Assembly: GCA_041641305.1 (NCBI GenBank)
Contig: JBEPYN010000002.1
Location: 543,509 to 567,508, forward strand
Reading direction: 5' to 3'
From: Nitrososphaerota archaeon
GTDB taxonomy: Archaea > Thermoproteota > Nitrososphaeria_A > Caldarchaeales > Caldarchaeaceae
DNA length: 24,000 nucleotides
Below, one piece after another: positions 7,522 through 14,474 of this stretch. Made by a program: the position numbers and the translations under genes. Numbering within the stretch: the first letter of the stretch is position 1; each line of letters starts with the position of its first letter. Below the pieces are notes generated by a model, which did no database searches, was not told the origin of the DNA, and worked only from the letters and a program-made list of their open reading frames with translations.

Positions 7522-9399
7522 ATGGGGGTTATCGTCTGCGTCGGTAGAAAAGGTAATGTAAAGAAATCTATTATCGATGGAGTTCATTTGAGTGATTTAA
7601 GGATTGCTGATGAAGCGCTAGTTAGAGAATTAAGTAGCAAGCATCCAGACGGGTTTGTCCGGATGTGGGGGTTCAAGGAGAAAGTGCGTTATCTTTGGAG
7701 ACGCGCCCGTTTGAGCAAATATGCCCTATTTACTTATCACCCCCGGCAAGCATTGTATGCAGGTAAAATATCCCTTGTTTATCCTTTTAATGAAGACGAT
7801 GAAAAACAGCTAGAAGTCAGTACCATAATATCCACCGATGTTTGGGGGAGAGACCTTGATGGACAGACTTGGAAGTATCTCGTATTTCTTAGTGATGTGA
7901 GAGAGGTTTTACTGGGTGTAGAGACTTTGAATGATTTGACGGGGTATAAGCTACATGTCTTTCGAAACTCTTTTTACATTACCGACAACAAAGCTATGAG
8001 ACTTGAACAGTTTCTAAATCGCTACTTAGAGGAATCCGTCGAACCTTCTCGTAAAATTACGCCTTTTCAGTTAGCGCGGGAGCGACTTCGCTCACTGTTT
8101 GGAATAATGACTCCCAAGTCAGAAGACTCCTCGTTTTTACCGTCTTCAGCCACGCCATATGAGCGGATGAGAAATTTACGAATCCCTGCTAAAGAGGAAT
8201 CGATAGGCACACCGTCCCGAATGATTCGAGACATCGCCGACGCAGAGACATTAAGTGAGGACGCGGAGGTTAAGAGATTAGATGAAGAGTTCATCAACTA
8301 TTTGGATTCGTTGCTAGTGGACCGACTCGAGGAAACAATAAAATTCGGGAAATGGTTATCCGTGTCAACCCTAACTCAATACTATTTTGATTTGTTCGGG
8401 CCAGAAATATTTTTCGATCACATGCTTGCTATTAGTCAGCAATATTCAATATGCGAAACAGAAATTGTGAGCGAGGAGGGCTCATCTAAAATGACAACCG
8501 GTTTTAATTTGGCACTTTTCGGTGAGCCTGGAACTGGAAAGTCATTTACCTCTAGAGACATGATTCTCGGTAGTGAAGATAAAGGCATACCACCCCACGG
8601 AATCCCGGGCCGTAACAGATACTGTGGAGGCATGACTCCCGCAAAGTTCATAGAGGTCGGTCAAGCATATGAAAACAAAAAATTCAATTTCATAGTAACA
8701 GAGTTTAACGACTGGTTCAAATACAGGGGAATGGTGGAGCCGCTTAAGTTAGCCATGGAAAGGGGTTCTATACGGTATGAGACTAAGAGATATACTGTTG
8801 GTCCGTACCGCTTCACCTCCTTCTTTAGCGTGAATTATAATACGCGAGTTTATGACAAAGGATACGGAGTCACTGTGTCGGACCCGAATTTTAACGCTAT
8901 AGAAGACAGGATGTTATGCAGGTTACATAGATTGACCAAAGCAAAATATCAAGAATTGGCAAAAAGTCAGCGAGAAATGATGTTGGGCAAAATGCAATCT
9001 AAGATGAAAATGTTTGCGCCCCGGCTTAGAGATCATTTGACGTTATGTTACGCTATTCAGACACGGAATACTAAAGTAAATAAAACCTTCTCGGAAAAGA
9101 GGGTCTTGCTGACTAAAAACTTGTTTGATATGCTTGATAAGGCCAGAGATTTAGTTTTGGAAAACCTGAGAACAGGAATAGTCCCTTTCTCGGCGAGGCT
9201 AGAAAGCAGAGCTGTTCAATTGGCTTCTGCCATGTCGCTGATGAACTATTTTAATAGGGAGCACTATATTATATCGGTAGATAATATTGCTGCTAAAATG
9301 GCGACTAGATTTTTTGTAGAAGAAGCATGGATCAGGTCAGGCGAGACATTTCCGATCCGTGAAGTCATCAGAAAACTTGACCTAGAATTTATAGACTAA
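7522..9399 (+). CDS. Large AAA+ NTPase with unrecognised N-terminal domain (MCM/BrxL/McrB-style ATPase core)
   Basis: 625 aa. It has Walker A GEPGTGKS (nt 8521-8544), Walker B-like FIVTEFND (8689-8712), AMERGSIRYE (8752-8781), sensor-1-like FFSVNYN (8821-8841) and the Arg-finger candidate IEDRM (8899-8913). Codon composition is low-GC, unlike the neighbouring genes. Confidence 0.75.
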   Translation: MGVIVCVGRKGNVKKSIIDGVHLSDLRIADEALVRELSSKHPDGFVRMWGFKEKVRYLWRRARLSKYALFTYHPRQALYAGKISLVYPFNEDDEKQLEVSTIISTDVWGRDLDGQTWKYLVFLSDVREVLLGVETLNDLTGYKLHVFRNSFYITDNKAMRLEQFLNRYLEESVEPSRKITPFQLARERLRSLFGIMTPKSEDSSFLPSSATPYERMRNLRIPAKEESIGTPSRMIRDIADAETLSEDAEVKRLDEEFINYLDSLLVDRLEETIKFGKWLSVSTLTQYYFDLFGPEIFFDHMLAISQQYSICETEIVSEEGSSKMTTGFNLALFGEPGTGKSFTSRDMILGSEDKGIPPHGIPGRNRYCGGMTPAKFIEVGQAYENKKFNFIVTEFNDWFKYRGMVEPLKLAMERGSIRYETKRYTVGPYRFTSFFSVNYNTRVYDKGYGVTVSDPNFNAIEDRMLCRLHRLTKAKYQELAKSQREMMLGKMQSKMKMFAPRLRDHLTLCYAIQTRNTKVNKTFSEKRVLLTKNLFDMLDKARDLVLENLRTGIVPFSARLESRAVQLASAMSLMNYFNREHYIISVDNIAAKMATRFFVEEAWIRSGETFPIREVIRKLDLEFID

Positions 9400-9641
9400 G
9401 AGACAAAGATAAAAGCTCCGGCTGGAAAACGGTCGAAGGACCCGAGAACCGGAAAACCATTCAAGACCAAGAAACGACTAAACCATGAGCAAGAAGTCTA
9501 ACGGTTTTTTATGAAAGTTGAGTTCACAATAGAAACGAAACCACAGCCTCTCGAAGACATGACGCCGCCGCAAGCCAACACTTTCTCCATTCTTCCTTAG
9601 TCGTACAGAACCTCTAGGCTCTATCACAAAGTAATTAAATG

Positions 9642-9736
9642 TGCCCCGGGGCGGACTTGAACCGCCGACATCCCGGTCTTCAGCCGGGCGATAGAGGAAA
9701 CTTTTGTTTCTCTCTCCCAGTCTGAGCTACCGGGGC
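9642..9736 (-). tRNA. tRNA-Phe (anticodon GAA) with a 21-nt non-canonical intron in the D arm
   Basis: The reverse complement reads GCCCCGG-TA-GCTC-AGACTGGGA-GAG[intron]C-G-CCCGG-CTGAAGA-CCGGG-ATGTC-GGCGG-TTCAAGT-CCGCC-CCGGGGC-A. The anticodon is at 9679-9681. Removing the intron restores the GCTC/GAGC D stem and gives a 74-nt mature sequence without CCA. Confidence 0.85.
9691..9711 (-). other. tRNA-Phe intron (AGAAACAAAAGTTTCCTCTAT) within the 3' strand of the D stem
   Basis: This 21-nt insertion interrupts an otherwise canonical GCTCAGACTGGGAGAGC D arm. Together with flanking exon bases it can form the hairpin AGAG-A-GAAAC/AAAA/GTTTC-CTCT. Confidence 0.7.
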
Positions 9737-9760
9737 GCGGTATGAGTTTTTCATGGCTTG

Positions 9761-9766
9761 ATTTAA
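9761..9766 (-). promoter_or_regulatory. TATA box for tRNA-Phe
   Basis: TTAAAT on the - strand lies 25-30 nt upstream of tRNA +1 (9736). Confidence 0.55.
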
Positions 9767-9823
9767 GGTGTTTGCTGTTTTGTGTTTTTATGTAGGTTGT
9801 TTGGTTTAGGGTGGGGTTGGTGT
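9767..9823 (+). other. Strand-asymmetric G+T-rich tract at the 5' end of the 9811 gene
   Basis: By hand count, only 4 of 57 positions are not G or T (C at 9775; A at 9790, 9794 and 9808). The bias continues at about 73% G+T through 9900. Confidence 0.8.
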
Positions 9824-10350
9824 CTAAGCAGCCTGTGGCGGCGGGGAGGTTTGTTAAAGGCTATGTTTCGGGTTTTGTGGCTAGGGTTGTTTCCGATGGT
9901 ATTGTTTACTTCTTTACTTTGTCTACGCTTGAGGGTGAGGATGTGGTTTTCAGGATGCGGCAGCCCCCTGAATGGGTGTATACAGGCACGCCGGTGGAGG
10001 GGCTGTTGGTGAAGGCTGACGACGTTTACCAGATTCAGGACCTTTCTCAAGCGGCTGAGCTCGCTCAGCCACGTGTCGTCGAGGTCGACCGATGCGATGT
10101 AACCTACGTAGGCACGGGCTCTGCGAAGAAACCTGTTGTCACTGGGTCAGCGGGTAGGATGGTGATTTCCGCGCCGGCGATAAGCATGGGTGTGGCGAGA
10201 AAAGCTGAGAAAATAGGATACACAAAATGTGTGTTGCATGTGGCTGACTTGGCGACGGGGGCGAGAATAGTGGCGGTCCAAACACCTCAAGAACACAGAC
10301 GAGACACCTCCATGAAGAAAGTGATAACTATGCTGAGTCATGGCGATTAG
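9811..10350 (+). CDS. Hypothetical protein, possibly with a beta-barrel/OB-like N-terminal half
   Basis: 179-aa ORF with a GTG start. The stop lies 3 nt before the topoisomerase ATG. The alternating hydrophobic pattern GRFVKGYVSGFVARVVSDGIVYFFTLSTLEGEDVVFRM is only suggestive of an OB-like barrel. The start codon is uncertain because the A-poor tract is open in several frames. Confidence 0.5.
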   Translation: MGLVSKQPVAAGRFVKGYVSGFVARVVSDGIVYFFTLSTLEGEDVVFRMRQPPEWVYTGTPVEGLLVKADDVYQIQDLSQAAELAQPRVVEVDRCDVTYVGTGSAKKPVVTGSAGRMVISAPAISMGVARKAEKIGYTKCVLHVADLATGARIVAVQTPQEHRRDTSMKKVITMLSHGD

Positions 10351-10353
10351 TAG

Positions 10354-12156
10354 ATGACTTTGGACAAAGGTGCGATGGGTGGAGAGAAGCTGATTATAGT
10401 GGCCGAGAAGGCCAGCGTTGCTAGGGCGATAAAGGCGGTGGTCGCCGCAGCCAAGGCCAACGCCGTGGTCTCATCCGTTAGAGGCCACATGATGGAGGCT
10501 GATCTGCCGGATGGCTACGAATGGGGTGCAAAGCATCCTCTAGAGATTATCAAGCTGAGGAAAGTTGTTGACAAAATTTCGGACAACCGTGTGTTTGAGC
10601 AGCTGGTCAAAGTTTTCAGCGGGGGAGGCTTGCTCGTTATAGCGACGGACAACGACTCCGAGGGAGAGCTCATCGGCTATGAAATTCTACAGGTTTACCG
10701 CCGTGTCAGGGGCGGCGAACCCGTTGTCTTCAGGATGCGTTTTAACTCTGTTGACCGCCGTGAGCTCTTCGCAAGCTTACGGAACCTCGAGAAAGGGCTT
10801 AACATGCGCTGGGTTGAGAAGGCGCGTTTCCGCCAAATCTTCGACTTGGTCACAGGAGCCGCATTCACGCGGTTGCTTACGCTGTCTACTCGAAGGCTTG
10901 CACCTGTCAGGGTGATTAGCTGGGGCTCATGCCAAACACCAACTCTAAACTTCGTCGTCGAAAGAGAGAAAGAAATACAGCGGTTCAAACCGCAAAAATA
11001 CTGGGTTCTAGAAGCCACTCTGAGAACTGCAGGCGGAGAAGAGTTCAAGGCTGCGACGCAGCAGATATGGAGCAGGGAGAAGGCGGAGCAGGCTTTTGAG
11101 AAGGCTCGGAAAGCTGGTGAGGCTGTTGTCACAGCCTACAGCAAGGCTGAGAAAACCCTGCCAAGGCCGCTTCCGATGAGGACCGACGACGTTCTCAGGG
11201 ATTTGACGAGGATAACGGGGGTTTCGGCTAACAGGCTGCTGGCCATGATGGAGGAGCTTTACGCCGAGGGCTACATCAGCTATCCACGCACCGACACCAA
11301 CAGGTATAGACGCGGCTTCGACTTCCAAACACCTCTCAACGCCGTAACGGCCGCAGATGCCCTGCGGGACGCGAAACCAGATAAATCAGAACCCGTTCCA
11401 AGAAACGGGTCAAGAGACGATGGAGCTCATCCGCCCATTTACCCTGTGGCCACCTACCGCGGCACCGGTGTTTTAATGCAAATATGGGAATACATAGCCC
11501 GGCGCTTCTACGCCAACGCCTTCTTCGACGACGCTGTTCAGTCAACCTCAAGGGCCGAAATAGACATAGATGAGTTAACATTTTCAGCCGAGGGCTCGAC
11601 GACCACAAAACAAGGTTACCTACAGGTCTTCACATATTTCCGGCCCCGCGATAAGCCACTTCCGGAGCTCATGGTGGGTGAAAAGCTTCGGATAATCGAC
11701 GTGGCTATTCGGGAGGATGAGACAAAGCCTCCGCCACGCCTGACCGAGGCCGACCTCCTGAAACTGATGGAGAAAAACGGTATAGGAACCGATGCAACAC
11801 GCGCATCCTTCCCTCAGCTGATAACTGAGCGCAACTACGCCGTGAGGGTTGGCAGGGTTTTCAAGCCGACGCCTCTGGGAATGGCGTTGATCGAGGCTTT
11901 AGCCGAGGCAGATACACGGCTTGTAACACCTGAGACGAGGCGGCTTGTCGAAGACTATATGGCGAAAATCGAGCGCGGGGAAACAGGGTTTGAAGAAAGC
12001 CTTGAGCAAAGCCTCCGACTCTACGAGGAGCTTCTCAAGAGATGCAGCGATAAAATAGATGAGATCAGCAGTAGCCTCGCCCAACACATCAAACCCATGG
12101 CTCGAAAGAAAGCGGCTAAAAAGAAACATGATGGATTCACAAACCTTAATAAATAA
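10354..12156 (+). CDS. topA: DNA topoisomerase, type IA (topoisomerase III-like), lacking C-terminal zinc fingers
   Basis: TOPRIM elements LIIVAEKASVARAI and IATDNDSEGELIGYEI are present. It also has CQTPTLNFVVERE, the active-site Tyr context EGYISYPRTDT (Tyr codon 11281-11283) and GIGTDATRA. The C-terminal tail ARKKAAKKKH is Lys-rich. Confidence 0.9.
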   Translation: MTLDKGAMGGEKLIIVAEKASVARAIKAVVAAAKANAVVSSVRGHMMEADLPDGYEWGAKHPLEIIKLRKVVDKISDNRVFEQLVKVFSGGGLLVIATDNDSEGELIGYEILQVYRRVRGGEPVVFRMRFNSVDRRELFASLRNLEKGLNMRWVEKARFRQIFDLVTGAAFTRLLTLSTRRLAPVRVISWGSCQTPTLNFVVEREKEIQRFKPQKYWVLEATLRTAGGEEFKAATQQIWSREKAEQAFEKARKAGEAVVTAYSKAEKTLPRPLPMRTDDVLRDLTRITGVSANRLLAMMEELYAEGYISYPRTDTNRYRRGFDFQTPLNAVTAADALRDAKPDKSEPVPRNGSRDDGAHPPIYPVATYRGTGVLMQIWEYIARRFYANAFFDDAVQSTSRAEIDIDELTFSAEGSTTTKQGYLQVFTYFRPRDKPLPELMVGEKLRIIDVAIREDETKPPPRLTEADLLKLMEKNGIGTDATRASFPQLITERNYAVRVGRVFKPTPLGMALIEALAEADTRLVTPETRRLVEDYMAKIERGETGFEESLEQSLRLYEELLKRCSDKIDEISSSLAQHIKPMARKKAAKKKHDGFTNLNK

Positions 12157-12179
12157 ATAATGTTGAGACGTGCTGAGAG

Positions 12180-13328
12180 ATGGTTGTGCTGTTTGCCGCG
12201 TTTCTGAACCCGTCGTCAGGTGGAGACAATATCCTATCCCTATTGCTGTCGCTTGTATGGTTTGCTTTTTTGATGATTTTCTTCCTTTATCCATCGTTTG
12301 GTCAGCGTATGCAGCTCTCTTACATGCTTCGAGACCTTGAGAGGAAGTTGAACAAGCTCAAGCTCATCAAGGACGAGATTAACCAGATAACTGTTGAGAC
12401 AATTAAGCGGGTTGGTAAGCCTGAGAAAGACCCCGCGCCCGACATAAACAGGCTGAGCGAGTTCTTCGTAATCCAGCCCGAATCAATGGACCCCTATGGC
12501 TTGGTCTACAAACTGGAGCATATTCTCGAGACAGGGGAATCGGTGTATGAGGAGGAGGTGGCTAAGCTGGCGCCCCATGCGACAGAGCATCAGGTCAAGT
12601 CTTTGACAAACCTTGTAGAAGTTCTCCGCGGGATCAACACAATATACCGCGTCGTCCGCCACTACTACCTGCTGGGTAAAAAGACCGCCAACATCTACAT
12701 GGTTCTACAGATACAGATGATTCTGCCGCAGATAATAGAGATAGCCGAGTCCTATAGGCAGGCGGCTGTCGCCTTCAGCAAGGGGCAGCCGATAGGCGAC
12801 GGTGTTGGCCCGCTTGTTGCCGCGAAGCTTGTGGATGGTTCGGAGAAAGATAGGTATGAGATTGCTAAGGACACGGTTGTTCAGGAGATTGAGCTGGATA
12901 ACAGGAGGGTCTATGTTGTCAGGGCCATTGGGCCGGGTGGAACGGTGGGAAGACCCGGGGAAGGCGTCAAACAGCTTGTTGAGAGGCTCGGTGAAAACCC
13001 GAAGCTCATTATAACCATCGATGCGGCCCTCAAGCTTGAGGGGGAGGAGACGGGTAAAATCGCCGAAGGAGTGGGTGTAGCGATAGGGGGGCCTGGTGTT
13101 GACAAGTATAAGATAGAGGAGCTGGCGAAGAGCCGCGGCATTCCGCTATATGCCTTCGTCATCTTCCAATCCATCACAGAGGCCATAACACCCATGCGTG
13201 AATCCATCGCCAAAGCTGCTGACCAAGTGCTTGAGAAAGTTAAGCAGCTGATTCTGGAAAAAGTGAAGAGCGGCGAGTCCGTGATAGTCGCAGGCATCGG
13301 TAACACCATCGGGGTGGGCTTGGGATGA
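12180..13328 (+). CDS. Membrane-anchored conserved archaeal protein (DUF1512-like, function unknown)
   Basis: 382 aa with an N-terminal TM helix LSLLLSLVWFAFLMIFFLYP, then a coiled-coil-like segment and a Gly-rich globular C-terminal half. The family name is recalled from memory and not verified. Confidence 0.6.
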   Translation: MVVLFAAFLNPSSGGDNILSLLLSLVWFAFLMIFFLYPSFGQRMQLSYMLRDLERKLNKLKLIKDEINQITVETIKRVGKPEKDPAPDINRLSEFFVIQPESMDPYGLVYKLEHILETGESVYEEEVAKLAPHATEHQVKSLTNLVEVLRGINTIYRVVRHYYLLGKKTANIYMVLQIQMILPQIIEIAESYRQAAVAFSKGQPIGDGVGPLVAAKLVDGSEKDRYEIAKDTVVQEIELDNRRVYVVRAIGPGGTVGRPGEGVKQLVERLGENPKLIITIDAALKLEGEETGKIAEGVGVAIGGPGVDKYKIEELAKSRGIPLYAFVIFQSITEAITPMRESIAKAADQVLEKVKQLILEKVKSGESVIVAGIGNTIGVGLG

Positions 13329-13546
13329 GCGAGCCATCAATTGTATTAGGTGGACGATCAAGAGAGAAGACACCGGAGCCTCTTACGTTCCTCAAATGCC
13401 TCAGCTGCGGTGTCGAGAACTCGAGACCATTCAGAGAAAATGACTATGTTTTGAAGATTGTTGAGGATGAGAAATGTCCCAAATGCGGCGGCACTCGAAG
13501 CAAGATTGTGAACATCTACGTGCCCGAGAAGAAGATGTCTAAGTAA
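13325..13546 (+). CDS. Small zinc-ribbon protein
   Basis: 73 aa with CLSC...CPKC (two CxxC pairs). Its ATG overlaps the stop of the upstream gene (ATGA). Confidence 0.6.
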   Translation: MSEPSIVLGGRSREKTPEPLTFLKCLSCGVENSRPFRENDYVLKIVEDEKCPKCGGTRSKIVNIYVPEKKMSK

Positions 13547-14441
13547 TCACCGTGCAGCCGTCCTTTTCCACCAAAACAGTGTGCTCGGCCTGCGCCACCG
13601 GCTTATTCAGCCTCTCAACGAGCACAGGATAGGCCTTAACCCTGCCGGTTTTGACCAGCCTTTCATGGACGGAAATGGTTTCATGTCCCAAGTCTGTAAG
13701 CCATCGCAGGCTGTAGGGGAGGCCGTCGAACCTCTCGGATAAGGTCTTCAAGAGGTTGGACTCGGGGGTGGATGCTTGGCCGGTGAAGGGCTTGCCCAGC
13801 CTGAATATTGTCGCGTTTCTATGCTCAACTACTTCTCCGAAGCCGTCGGCGACTGTTGCGAAAGGCTCTATCGCGTATATGTGGCCTTCTTGAAGCTTGG
13901 CCCCGTCTCCTGCAGCTATGTTGGGTATTGAGACGCCTGCGTGAAGGTTGTATCGCTGAATCTCATGGCCTGTGAGGTTGCGTATAGGCTTCACACCATA
14001 ACGGGTCAAAACGTTCTGCACCGCCGCCCCGACCGCGGAGACCTTTACACCCGCGGACACAGTTTTCACAGCAGCTTTCAAAGCCTCTTCAACAGCTGTC
14101 TTCAACATTTCACCAACCGCGGTGTCGGTGACTGTTACAGCGGTGTCGGCGATGTATCCATCCAACAGTACACCGAAATCAATTTTCGCAACAAAATTTC
14201 TATGCAGAGTTGAGGTGTCGCCTGGAGGAGGAGAATAATGTGCCGCAACACCGTCTACGGAGATGTTGCATGGGAAAGCAGGCTTGCAGCCACTGTCAAA
14301 AATCATGTTCTCTATCTTCTCCGCTATCTGCAGCAGACTAACACCCGGAGAGACGATTAAGGGCACAGCTGCTCTGATGCGTCTCGCAACCTCCCCAGCT
14401 GTGAACAACGCATCCAGCCCAGACAACCCGTTACACAGCAT
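13539..14441 (-). CDS. map: Methionine aminopeptidase, type 2 (archaeal)
   Basis: Metal-ligand contexts AHYSPPPGD, KIDFGVLLDGYIADTAVTV, GHEIQRYNLHAG, YAIEPFAT and AQAEHTVLV are typical of archaeal MetAP. Confidence 0.9.
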   Translation of the reverse strand: MLCNGLSGLDALFTAGEVARRIRAAVPLIVSPGVSLLQIAEKIENMIFDSGCKPAFPCNISVDGVAAHYSPPPGDTSTLHRNFVAKIDFGVLLDGYIADTAVTVTDTAVGEMLKTAVEEALKAAVKTVSAGVKVSAVGAAVQNVLTRYGVKPIRNLTGHEIQRYNLHAGVSIPNIAAGDGAKLQEGHIYAIEPFATVADGFGEVVEHRNATIFRLGKPFTGQASTPESNLLKTLSERFDGLPYSLRWLTDLGHETISVHERLVKTGRVKAYPVLVERLNKPVAQAEHTVLVEKDGCTVIT

Positions 14442-14474
14442 CCTGATCCAGGTTATTTACCCTAGCGCCAGCCG

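Larger units (their letters stand above)
7051..9641. mobile_element. Putative horizontally acquired low-GC island or decayed integrated element (no integrase detected)
   Basis: Hand-counted GC is 21/60 and 19/60 on lines inside the island, against 32/60 and 34/60 on flanking lines. Non-coding flanks are long. tRNA 3' ends sit at both edges. A 9-nt direct repeat AGAACCTCT occurs at 7050-7058 and 9607-9615. Confidence 0.4.

Noticed and set aside
9547-9554. CCTCTCGA shared with 7054-7061, as a second candidate att core
   Set aside because: It is only 8 nt, it overlaps the other weak repeat on the left side, and it is not distinguishable from chance.
9511-9600. 29-codon ORF MKVEFTIETKPQPLEDMTPPQANTFSILP in the island's right flank
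   Set aside because: It is too short to support without conservation data, and no motif is present.
5923-9900. Possible homology between the two G+T tracts (shared AGGTTGTTT and GGTGGG(G)TTG)
   Set aside because: In an effectively two-letter alphabet, 9-mer matches between two ~130-nt tracts are expected by chance. No extended collinear alignment was visible.
9782-10012. 76-aa ORF in an alternative frame at the start of the 9811 gene
   Set aside because: It is open only because the G+T tract cannot encode stops. The product is W/L/C/R-rich low complexity. The 9811 frame continues into normal-looking protein sequence.
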